The notes beneath the pieces are model-generated. The model had not been told where the DNA came from. It did no database searches and worked only from the letters and a program-made list of their open reading frames with translations. A stretch of DNA of 64,000 bases from IMG/VR virus record IMGVR_UViG_3300042898_006838, positions 1 through 64,000 of that record. The stretch is one strand, 5' to 3'. Made by a program: the position numbers and the translations under genes. Below are positions 1-7,878 of the stretch, one piece after another. Origin of the DNA: a virus. How positions within the stretch are numbered: position 1 is the first letter of the stretch; every line of letters starts with the position of its first letter.

Positions 1-571
1 GGCGTCCGACGACGACGCCGCAGGACGTGGTGATGGAGATGTGAACGGAATACAGCCTGTCGGCGACGAGTCCCGGCGAGGTCCTCGTCATTCGAAACAT
101 GCCCTGGCCGTCTGGAGAAACGTCACTGGCCGTGAACAAGACACTGTCGTCTGCGTCGTAGACGCTGATGACCGCGGAGACCACCGTCGGCGGAGGCACG
201 GGCCGGCCGTTGCGGTTGAGGCTGACGTCGATGCGCAGGACAGAGGCCTGATGGTCGTACGCCACGCCCATGACCGGTGGGTCCCACTCGCCGACGCGGA
301 TCGCGTCAACAGAGCGCTCGTAGTCAGACTCCGTGGTCATGGCCATGTCAGTGAACAGCCGGTAGACGGCAAAGTAGCTGCCGGGACACGGAGGCAGCCA
401 CTCGGCGCTGTAGAATCCCAGGTTCACGTGGCTCAGGCTCAAGACGTCAATTGGGACACTTCCACCTGATTCGTTGAAGATGGAGGCGGTTGGAAACAAT
501 GTCCCGACGCCGTCAGTCAGCTGCAGACCCAGCTGCACCTGGTCCCCGGGCAAGGAGTTGATTACAGACAC
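1..571 (-). CDS. Putative virion structural protein, beta-rich/Ig-like (partial, runs off window start)
   Basis: Not in ORF track. Manual translation from GTG at 571 gives MSVINSLPGDQVQLGLQLTDGVGTLFPTASIFNESGG...RLYSVHISITTSCGVVVGR, open to the window edge; starts 6 nt after the stop of the upstream gene on the same strand. Confidence 0.7.
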   Translation of the reverse strand, partial: MSVINSLPGDQVQLGLQLTDGVGTLFPTASIFNESGGSVPIDVLSLSHVNLGFYSAEWLPPCPGSYFAVYRLFTDMAMTTESDYERSVDAIRVGEWDPPVMGVAYDHQASVLRIDVSLNRNGRPVPPPTVVSAVISVYDADDSVLFTASDVSPDGQGMFRMTRTSPGLVADRLYSVHISITTSCGVVVGR

Positions 572-577
572 GGCCTG

Positions 578-985
578 TCACCATCTTCCCGCAGCCAGGG
601 CCGCTGCTGTCGGGAAGAACAAGATCTTGCTGTTCTCGCCTCGCTCTCGACGCCTGGCCTTGACCGCGGAGATGGCGTTCTTCAGTTCCTGACTGCCGGC
701 TTCCACCTGGTCGATTTTCTCCTGCAGGACATCGAGCTCGGCGTGAATCTCGCGGCCACAGCGCATCTCGCCCTGGATCTTCATGGCCAGCAACAGGTCC
801 TTGTCGCTGATGTAGTCGAGATGGCGAAGGATCGAGCCCAGCAGCGCCTCGTTGAACTGAGACTGTTGCCCTATGGCCCTGTGAAGCTGTTCCCTGGTCA
901 GCCGACCAAGGCGCATGAGCACGTTGCCGATGCTGCTTGGGTCATCAATCGGATCCTGGCTCGGCTTTTGTTTATTCTTTATCAT
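578..985 (-). CDS. MshEN-like domain protein with C-terminal coiled coil (135 aa)
   Basis: ATG at 985 overlaps the upstream stop (TGATG). Two 24-aa motifs SIGNVLMRLGRLTREQLHRAIGQQ and LLGSILRHLDYISDKDLLLAMKIQ, 6 aa apart, match the MshEN pattern RLGxxLxxxGxxxxxxLxxxLxxQ except for the leading Arg. Confidence 0.7.
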   Translation of the reverse strand: MIKNKQKPSQDPIDDPSSIGNVLMRLGRLTREQLHRAIGQQSQFNEALLGSILRHLDYISDKDLLLAMKIQGEMRCGREIHAELDVLQEKIDQVEAGSQELKNAISAVKARRRERGENSKILFFPTAAALAAGRW

Positions 986-1233
986 CAGCTCTCCAGTAAC
1001 TTCACGGCTGCCACCAGCTGTTTCTGGTTCTCGTTGACGACTGTAAGAACTTCGACCTGCTTGGCGGTCATGGCGATCAGGCGGTCGTTGAGGTCCTGCT
1101 TCTCTTTGGAGAAGTCGCGGTGCAGGCTCTGAACCTGTCGGTACAGATGCACGGACACGCCCATGCAGATGGCAACCATTGTCCATGGTCCACCCTTCTG
1201 CAGCACATCAACCAGGCGTTCGACAAATTCCAT
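985..1233 (-). CDS. Holin-like small membrane protein (single TM helix plus coiled coil)
   Basis: 82 aa; hydrophobic segment GPWTMVAICMGVSVHLY followed by a charged helical tail, an architecture like BhlA/UviB-type holins; lies near the end of the late operon. Confidence 0.5.
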   Translation of the reverse strand: MEFVERLVDVLQKGGPWTMVAICMGVSVHLYRQVQSLHRDFSKEKQDLNDRLIAMTAKQVEVLTVVNENQKQLVAAVKLLES

Positions 1234-1327
1234 GTCCGACCTCAGACCGTCGGCGAGCCTGGTGAAATGTTCTCACCGGCCCAGACCTGGTCAATCATAG
1301 ACCCGTGCGAAGTCAATGCGCCAGTTC

Positions 1328-1645
1328 TCACTCTGAAGAGCTGGCCTTGGCGACCATGCTCTCAGCGGCCTGTGACGCGGCGTCGACCACGAAGCAGAAG
1401 GCTGCAGACGCGAACGCCCAGGCCAGGGCCGGGGCCAGGCTCGCGGCGGAGATCTCGACCCCGTAGTAGGATCGTGAGATCGCCCACGACAGCCAGCCGG
1501 CGTGAAAGCCTGTGCAGTACGAGCACGACAGCATGCGGTCGAAGAAAGCGCCGAGGCGCCACTTCGGAGAGCGCAGGAACTCGACTTTGTTCTGGAGGCC
1601 GAAACAGAGCCCGTAGGCGAAGAGCAGGTCCATAACGGTTGGCAT
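1328..1645 (-). CDS. DUF1360-like membrane protein
   Basis: Motif MLSCSYCTGFH resembles the LLxCPxCxGxW signature of DUF1360; hydrophobic segments; TGATG overlap with the upstream gene. Confidence 0.6.
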   Translation of the reverse strand: MPTVMDLLFAYGLCFGLQNKVEFLRSPKWRLGAFFDRMLSCSYCTGFHAGWLSWAISRSYYGVEISAASLAPALAWAFASAAFCFVVDAASQAAESMVAKASSSE

Positions 1646-1962
1646 CACGTTTTCCTTCGTGGCGAGACGTACTGCTTGCGGACGCGGGATGAGTCAGTCG
1701 GCACGATGCGGCAGCACGACGTCTCAGCGGACTGCTTGAAAATGTCGACGGTGTCGGTGACGCCATCGGCGTTGCAGTCGAAGCCCAGGTCGAGTTGCTG
1801 CGTGTTGAGCGCGTCCACGATCATGTCCCGCTCGGCGGCGAGCTGCTCTGGGACCTTGGAGTAGCCGTTCTGGCGCATCAGCTCGACGCGCATGAGTCTC
1901 TGGATGGCTTCGCCGAAACCCATCTTCAGCGTCTTCTGTACGGTCTTGATGTCTTCGGACAT
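1645..1962 (-). CDS. Hypothetical protein (105 aa) with DxNxDG loop
   Basis: Clean ORF coupled to the downstream gene; contains DCNADGVTD. Confidence 0.65.
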   Translation of the reverse strand: MSEDIKTVQKTLKMGFGEAIQRLMRVELMRQNGYSKVPEQLAAERDMIVDALNTQQLDLGFDCNADGVTDTVDIFKQSAETSCCRIVPTDSSRVRKQYVSPRRKT

Positions 1963-1989
1963 GGGCCTGGGTATGTCATCCCACGAACC

Positions 1990-2024
1990 AAAAGGAAACG
2001 CCCCCGGTTTCCCGAGGGCGTTTC
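1990..2024 (-). terminator. Rho-independent terminator
   Basis: Minus strand GAAACGCCCTCGG-GAAA-CCGGGGGCGTTTC followed by CTTTT, just downstream of the 2041 stop. Confidence 0.75.
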
Positions 2025-2040
2025 TCCTGTCTCGCCGAGA

Positions 2041-3621
2041 TCAGACCTCAGCGAAGGTCAAGGCGTCCGTGCCGACGATGACCGGGCCGCTGTCGGAGCA
2101 GATCCACCTGGTTCCCGCGTAGACGGTGCCCTGGGTGACGCTGAAGAGGTCACCCGCGGCGTCGTGGCCCGCGGCCATGTCCGAACTGCGATACCAGGCG
2201 CCCGCGTTCGCCGAGTAGATGCCGCTCTCGACGGGGTCGCTGCTTACGACAAACACGCGGTAGCCGTCGACGATGAGAACGTCGTCGACCATGATCAGGC
2301 CCGCCAGCGCAGCCGCCGGGACGGGTGCGATCGGCGACGACACGGTGAAGTTGGTCGTGACAGCGCCGAGCAAGTTGTCAACCGTCGACCCTTCCGCGTA
2401 GGTGGTCGACGGCAAGACGCTGCCAAACGTGTTGGTGCCGCTGACGTAGAGGCCAGTCACTGGGGCGCCGATGCTGCGGCCTGTGCCGACGGAGCCGGCC
2501 ACCGCGAAGAAGCCCTTGGCGTCGCCCGTCGTGCGCGCTGCGCCGACGACGTTCTTGAAGTAGAGCGTGTCGAAGAACGACAACGGCGCGATCTGGCCCG
2601 TAGCCTCAATAACGCTGCACGGGTTGCCCGCGTAGGGATTGGAGAAGCTGGTGTTGTCGAACCACAAGCTGAACGAGCCGGGTGTCGCTGGGTTCGTGTA
2701 CGCGCCGCCTGAGACGTTCGCCAAGCCGGGTTCGTGCATGACGTCTTGCAGGTAGTAGGCGCTGTAGTTGCCCGCTCCGACTGTCGTGATGTTCTGCATG
2801 ACGAGGTTGCCCGCCTGACCGGGGCGGTACGGCTGCGCGTTGCCCGCGTAGTTGGTCGTCATGTAGAGGAACTGCGACCGGGGCGTGGCGTCCGTCGTCG
2901 GCGTGATCGCGCAGTTGGTGATGAAGCAGTCGCCCGTCTGTCCGTAGTGCCCGACGTGCCGGATGGTCGTGCTCGACGACGCGAGGCGGCAGGAGAACGC
3001 GCAGTCGTTGATGACCCAGCCCGAGCCCGAGATCGAGATACCGAACTTCCAGTGAACGAGGTTCAGTCGCTCAAAGCGCAGGCCCGTCGAGCCGTTGGGG
3101 AACAGGTTTGTCATCGTACCCGCGCCGATGTTCGACGAAATACCGCCGCCGTCCTGCGCCGCCGTGACGAGGTTCGTGATCGTGAGGTCGTGAATCCAGA
3201 CGTTGTTCACGCCAGCGGGGATGGTGAAGACGGACTGCCCGCCTGCCGTGCCAGCGGTGCCTGTGACTTGCGAAGTCGCACGGTTCTGCCCGCGAATCTC
3301 CAACGACTTGTTGACGTTGATCGTGGCGAGCGCCGTTTCCGTCGCGTTGTAGCCTGCGCGCACGGTGATGATGTCGCCGGGGTACGAGGCGTCAACGGCG
3401 AGTGACACTTTGGAAAAATCGCCGCCGTTGGGTCCGACGAACCTCTCTGTGCCAGTAAACGTCGGTGCAGCCGGGGCGGTTGGCACCGACGGCGCACCGC
3501 CGCCGCCGGGTGTGTAGTCGTACTTGACGTCGACTGGGAAGCAGAAGTTTTCTGGCGTGGCGGGCTCAGCGCCGTCGAAATTGGCTGACGGCGTGGTGAT
3601 TGAGAGGGCTTGGAAGCGCAT
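2041..3621 (-). CDS. Tailspike/fibre protein with parallel beta-helix (pectin lyase-like) domain
   Basis: 526 aa; KVSLAVDASYPGDIITVRAGY..INVNKSLEIRG is a typical beta-helix cap; NNVWIHDLTITN-type rungs; C-terminal GLIMVDDV..RVFV..SGIYSANAGAWYRSSD module is common in phage fibres; GGAG RBS. Confidence 0.75.
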   Translation of the reverse strand: MRFQALSITTPSANFDGAEPATPENFCFPVDVKYDYTPGGGGAPSVPTAPAAPTFTGTERFVGPNGGDFSKVSLAVDASYPGDIITVRAGYNATETALATINVNKSLEIRGQNRATSQVTGTAGTAGGQSVFTIPAGVNNVWIHDLTITNLVTAAQDGGGISSNIGAGTMTNLFPNGSTGLRFERLNLVHWKFGISISGSGWVINDCAFSCRLASSSTTIRHVGHYGQTGDCFITNCAITPTTDATPRSQFLYMTTNYAGNAQPYRPGQAGNLVMQNITTVGAGNYSAYYLQDVMHEPGLANVSGGAYTNPATPGSFSLWFDNTSFSNPYAGNPCSVIEATGQIAPLSFFDTLYFKNVVGAARTTGDAKGFFAVAGSVGTGRSIGAPVTGLYVSGTNTFGSVLPSTTYAEGSTVDNLLGAVTTNFTVSSPIAPVPAAALAGLIMVDDVLIVDGYRVFVVSSDPVESGIYSANAGAWYRSSDMAAGHDAAGDLFSVTQGTVYAGTRWICSDSGPVIVGTDALTFAEV

Positions 3622-3660
3622 GGATACTCCGAGTCAGACGAGATGAGACGAGCGGGGGGG

Positions 3661-3703
3661 AGAAGAAAAGGGCAGGGTTCCTCGCGAAGAGAAACCCTGC
3701 CCC
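3661..3703 (-). terminator. Rho-independent terminator
   Basis: Minus strand GGGCAGGGTTTCTC-TTCGC-GAGGAACCCTGCCC followed by TTTTCTTCT, downstream of the 3732 stop. Confidence 0.8.
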
Positions 3704-3731
3704 CGGCGCGCGGCAGGACGCGCAGTCGCGA

Positions 3732-6700
3732 TCAGAGGACGACGATGGCCTTTGGCTGCCAGAGCACCGAGACCAAGCCGCTGCCGTCAGCTGCCGTGGC
3801 GATGCCCAGCTCAGCGACGACCTCGCCCGACCCCGACGGAGCCAAGTCCGTCACCTTGCCGGGCTCCGAGGCCGACAGGTAGACAGGCTCGCCCTGCGTG
3901 ATCAGGCCCGCGCGACCGGACTCGACGATGCAGGTCTGAGTGCCGAGCACCTTCACCGAGTCGGTCGCCTTGACGATGCCGGCAACGCGAGCCGTCCCGG
4001 CCGACGCCGTCGTCGCAATCGCCGCCGCGCCAGCCACGGTGACGGCGGTGTTTGCCGCCTCCGCCGTGACGATGGTGACGACGGAGTAGTCGATCGCAGC
4101 CGGAACGGCCTGTGACACCCACGCGCCGGCGACGACGGTGAGGACGTCGCCGTCGCTGCCGGGGGCGATCTCGTTGACGGCGTTGGCGTCGTCGCCGACG
4201 ACAAGTGATCCGGCCGTGATGGTCGCGACGCCCGTACCGCCGTTGGCGACGTCGATGACGCCGGTCAGGCTGATATCAGGGGTCGCGCCGCCCGAAGAGG
4301 CCAGAGGAGCCGCGGCGGTGACAGACGTGACGGCGTTGCTGCCGTCATACGACCACGACGCGACAATGTCCGACTGCGCGCTGCCGAAGCAGGCGATCGA
4401 CAGAATCACGGTCTTGCCGCCCTCGACGACTGCCGGAGCCGAGCCGCCGAGCCACTTCCAGCTCCCCGGAGACGACGTGATGTTACGGCTGACGGTGTCA
4501 CCAATGATCTTGATGGTGATGCCGCGTGCCGGTCCAAGGTCTGTCGCGTTGGAGAACGAAATATCGTCCGTCAGAGCACCGACCTGCTTGTAGGGGGTCA
4601 GTGACGGATCAAGGCTGAACGCGAGAGCTCCAGACGTGGCAAAGCCGGTCTGGACACTGCTTGGCGTGAGCAGGTAGGTTGCACCGCCCGTGATCGTGGC
4701 GGTGACGCTCGACGCGGCTTCAATGTCGAGGGTCGCGGCGTCCGTCGAGGCCGAGTCCTTCGACAGCGAAAGCGTCTCAGACCCGTCGGTGACGGCCACG
4801 GTGGACTGCACCGTGAGGGTCGATGCTGCGAAGGACAGGCTCGCGCTGCCCGCGAAGCCGCCCGCGCCGTCGTTGAGCTGGACGTTGTCGACCGCTCCAC
4901 CTGGAGGCGTGAGGACCGGAGCCGCCGCAGCCCACGCCCCGGCATTGAACGTGAGGACGTCGCCGCTCGACGCGCCAGCCGTGTCGATGCTGATGTCGGG
5001 AGTCGCGCCGCCAGACGAAAGCAGCGGAGCCGTCGCCGTGACGTCGGAAACGCCTGCCACGATCGCGTCAAGCTGGCTCTTGTTGACCGCGTCGTTCGGA
5101 TCGACGCCGTTGGCGAGGTTCACGATCTTGGTGCTGTTGGCGTCGATCTGACGACCGTCGAGGCTGATGACGCCACGAGTACCAGTACCCGAGACGGCTC
5201 CAGTCGTCAGCGTGACGCTGCCGCTGTTGCCGTTGACCGCCGTACCAGTCTCTGCCTCGATACCGCCGCTGTTTCCCGTGCCCGTAGCGTTGCTGCTGAA
5301 CAGCCCAACGCCGCCGCCGTTGATGTTCGCCGCCAGCCCTGCGGCGTCGGCGATGGCGTAGACGTTCTTACCGGCATCAGCCTCTGCCCCGAAGGCAGAC
5401 GGGTACGAAACGAGGTAGCAGTCCGTACCCGTCGAAGCGTGGAGATAGCCGAAGTTCCAGTACCATTGCTTGCCCCAATCACCGAAGTTGAGGGCATTGG
5501 TGGTCGCGGGCATGATCGGGTTGTTGACGGCAGTCGGGAACGCAAGATTCGACAGCGTCTTGTTCGCGCCGAAGTCGGCGCTGACGAGGTTGCCTCCGTT
5601 CAGAACGGTCGCACCAGCGGCAGGCAAGCTGCCCACGGTGTAGTCGAGATACGACGATGGACCGTCTACCGTGACCGTGCCGTCAAACTTCAAGCTGTGT
5701 GTGAACACGCTGCAACGTCTGGTGAAGTCGTTGACAGTTGTGGTGACCGTGAGGTCACCCGCAGCACCACCAGCGGCACTGAGGAGCGTCGGGCAGCCGC
5801 CGAAGTCGCCTTGATTCAGGACAATGTTGGAGAACAGGATGTTGTCGTTGAATACGCCGACGTTGATGCCCTTGAGCGTGAACACCGCGAACATTTGGCA
5901 GCCCGAAAGCTGTGCCTGCACGGTGGCGTTGTTGTAGCCCGTCAACGTAAGGGCGCTGTTGAACGACGTGTCACGGAAATACAGCTTGCCCGCCGTGCTC
6001 GTCACGGTCGTGAAGTTGAACGACGCCGTGCCGGTCACGATCGCGTTGCTGATTCCCGAGCGATTGTCCGCGCCGCCTGTGAACGATGCGTCAAGGCCGA
6101 AGGACGGAGCCGTGATTCGCACGGCGTCACGGCTGACACCGATGATGAACACGTTGGGCTTGAGATTCAGGGCCGAGGCTTCGGTGTACGCACCGGCAGC
6201 CACCGAGATTGCGTACCGCTTCGTGGGCAACGCATCGGTGATCGCAGCCATAGCGGCGCTGATGCTGGCGAACGGACGCAACGGAGCGCCCGTGGCGACG
6301 AGCGGGTCCGCGCCAGCAGCCACGAAAATCTGCTGGTCGTACTCAATCGCCGCGATGGCGTTGACCTGATCGACGTTGGCAGCGTCGGTCCCTGCGACAC
6401 CGGGCGTGAGGCCGGTGATGAGGTTTGACCCCATCGCAATCGGGCCGGACATGGTGCCGCCCGTGAGGGCCAGCTTGAGGTCGGCGTATGCCTTGGTCGC
6501 GCCGTCCTGGGCGGATGACGGGTCGAGCATGTTCGTGACGCGGTAGCCAGCGCCGTTGAACGCGATGTCGTTGATGACCGTCGTGGTCGACGCCATCGTC
6601 ATCGTGTCAGATGGGCCGTTGCCGATCGTGGTGTTGCCTTGGAACGTGACGTCATCGGTGAACGTCGTGCCACCGACGGTGTTGACGTTGCCCACAATGT

Positions 6701-6890
6701 CGACGTCGCCAGGGAACGTCGTCGTGACACCGATCTTACCGATCGTGATCTCGTCCGCCGTCGACGCGCCGATGGACAGCGGGCCGGCTGCCGAGGCGTC
6801 GATGCCCGAGCCGACGAGGAGGGAATCGGCAGAGGGGATCTGCTGATTCGTACCAGACTTGATGACAAGAGCGCGGACGTTGTCGGCCAT
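3732..6890 (-). CDS. Long fibre protein with YadA-stalk-like motifs, beta-helix segment and C-terminal capsid-fibre-like domain
   Basis: 1052 aa, G/A/S/T-rich; three YadA stalk-like motifs (VTNMLDPSSAQDGATKAY, ITGLTPGVAGTDAANVDQV, IVNLANGVDPNDAVNKSQL); PFASISAAMAA..YAISVAAGAYTE beta-helix cap; AGGAG RBS. Confidence 0.8.
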   Translation of the reverse strand: MADNVRALVIKSGTNQQIPSADSLLVGSGIDASAAGPLSIGASTADEITIGKIGVTTTFPGDVDIVGNVNTVGGTTFTDDVTFQGNTTIGNGPSDTMTMASTTTVINDIAFNGAGYRVTNMLDPSSAQDGATKAYADLKLALTGGTMSGPIAMGSNLITGLTPGVAGTDAANVDQVNAIAAIEYDQQIFVAAGADPLVATGAPLRPFASISAAMAAITDALPTKRYAISVAAGAYTEASALNLKPNVFIIGVSRDAVRITAPSFGLDASFTGGADNRSGISNAIVTGTASFNFTTVTSTAGKLYFRDTSFNSALTLTGYNNATVQAQLSGCQMFAVFTLKGINVGVFNDNILFSNIVLNQGDFGGCPTLLSAAGGAAGDLTVTTTVNDFTRRCSVFTHSLKFDGTVTVDGPSSYLDYTVGSLPAAGATVLNGGNLVSADFGANKTLSNLAFPTAVNNPIMPATTNALNFGDWGKQWYWNFGYLHASTGTDCYLVSYPSAFGAEADAGKNVYAIADAAGLAANINGGGVGLFSSNATGTGNSGGIEAETGTAVNGNSGSVTLTTGAVSGTGTRGVISLDGRQIDANSTKIVNLANGVDPNDAVNKSQLDAIVAGVSDVTATAPLLSSGGATPDISIDTAGASSGDVLTFNAGAWAAAAPVLTPPGGAVDNVQLNDGAGGFAGSASLSFAASTLTVQSTVAVTDGSETLSLSKDSASTDAATLDIEAASSVTATITGGATYLLTPSSVQTGFATSGALAFSLDPSLTPYKQVGALTDDISFSNATDLGPARGITIKIIGDTVSRNITSSPGSWKWLGGSAPAVVEGGKTVILSIACFGSAQSDIVASWSYDGSNAVTSVTAAAPLASSGGATPDISLTGVIDVANGGTGVATITAGSLVVGDDANAVNEIAPGSDGDVLTVVAGAWVSQAVPAAIDYSVVTIVTAEAANTAVTVAGAAAIATTASAGTARVAGIVKATDSVKVLGTQTCIVESGRAGLITQGEPVYLSASEPGKVTDLAPSGSGEVVAELGIATAADGSGLVSVLWQPKAIVVL

Positions 6891-6966
6891 TGGAAACTCC
6901 TGAAACGCTCACTTCGTCAGCAAGCGTGAATGACGCCAAAGAAGGGGTAGGGGCAAGGAATGGTTC

Positions 6967-7053
6967 TCAAGGGGTCGGCGGCGGCGGCGGCGGCGTGGGC
7001 GCCGGGGGTTGCGAGGAGGGAGGGGGAGGAGGCGTGGGGAGCGTGGGGCGCAT
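6967..7053 (-). CDS. Putative 28-aa polyproline small ORF/leader peptide
   Basis: ATG at 7053 preceded by AGAAGGA; translates to MRPTLPTPPPPPSSQPPAPTPPPPPPTP*. Confidence 0.4.
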   Translation of the reverse strand: MRPTLPTPPPPPSSQPPAPTPPPPPPTP

Positions 7054-7080
7054 TGTACGTATTCCTTCTGTTGTGACTGT

Positions 7081-7296
7081 TCAGACGACTTCTTGAAAAC
7101 GCGGGTCGGAGCGGAGGAACATGAGGCTGATCTGGTCGGTGAAGTCGTGAGGCAAGACGTCGCCGATCGGGAAGCCTGCCTGGTTCTCCAGGACGGTCTT
7201 GCTGCCGTCCTTCTTCGGGATGGCGATGTGCTTGGTTGGTCCGTAGGACGCCACGAAGCTGCGAGGCAATTCTCCGAGGTACTTAAACTGCGCCAT
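7081..7296 (-). CDS. Hypothetical phage protein (71 aa)
   Basis: ATG with GGAG upstream; co-oriented with the operon. Confidence 0.65.
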   Translation of the reverse strand: MAQFKYLGELPRSFVASYGPTKHIAIPKKDGSKTVLENQAGFPIGDVLPHDFTDQISLMFLRSDPRFQEVV

Positions 7297-7341
7297 TTTT
7301 TCTTCTCCGGAACCAGGCTCTGTCTTTGAAAATTTACCATG

Positions 7342-7533
7342 TCACGACATCGCCGGCCAGAGACCGGCATCGACGTTCGCCTGCGCCGTCTCTTCAGCCC
7401 AAGCCATGGCTTCGTCCTTCGACGACCAAAGCGCGCCGCTGTTTGGGTTGTACGGTTGCCACACGACAACGGTGCCGTTGACATAGATGTGGACGGAGAA
7501 TGGAGAGGCGTCTTCCACTTGGATGACTGTCAT
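7342..7533 (-). CDS. Small tail-fibre-associated protein (63 aa)
   Basis: QPYNPNSGALWSSKDEAMAWAE resembles small proteins that follow fibre genes; starts 3 nt after the upstream stop. Confidence 0.6.
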   Translation of the reverse strand: MTVIQVEDASPFSVHIYVNGTVVVWQPYNPNSGALWSSKDEAMAWAEETAQANVDAGLWPAMS

Positions 7534-7536
7534 TGT

Positions 7537-7878
7537 TCAACCCCAGAAAAATGAAAGCTGGTTGGCGGTACCGGGCGGCGTGACCGTGTCGGACTGCTGG
7601 ACCACGGCAAAGGCTTTGACTGGCAGGATGTTTCGGCCGACAAAGCATCCCCCCGAAACTGTCGAGTACGCTACGGCAGACTCAGGTGTCAAAACAAGGG
7701 GGACCGGCGTGTTGGAGAACGCGACTGCCACGGCAACAAGTCCCCACGACACCAACGCCGCCGCCGAAGCCGACCCCACGACGGGCGTCACTGGGTCGAC
7801 GACGTCGACGTAGGCGGTCGCAGTGACCGCCGACGTCTGCGTCAGGGCGGCGACGTAGGTGGTCACCGCCGCAGTCAC
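7537..7878 (-). CDS. Hypothetical virion protein (113 aa)
   Basis: GTGA overlap with the upstream stop; V/A/T-rich. Confidence 0.6.
   Translation of the reverse strand: MTAAVTTYVAALTQTSAVTATAYVDVVDPVTPVVGSASAAALVSWGLVAVAVAFSNTPVPLVLTPESAVAYSTVSGGCFVGRNILPVKAFAVVQQSDTVTPPGTANQLSFFWG

Noticed and set aside
1242-1316. TTGACT...TATGAT sigma70-like promoter and an 18-codon ORF upstream of the holin-like gene
   Set aside because: The spacer is only 11 nt and the micro-ORF lacks an RBS; the -10-like element alone is insufficient.
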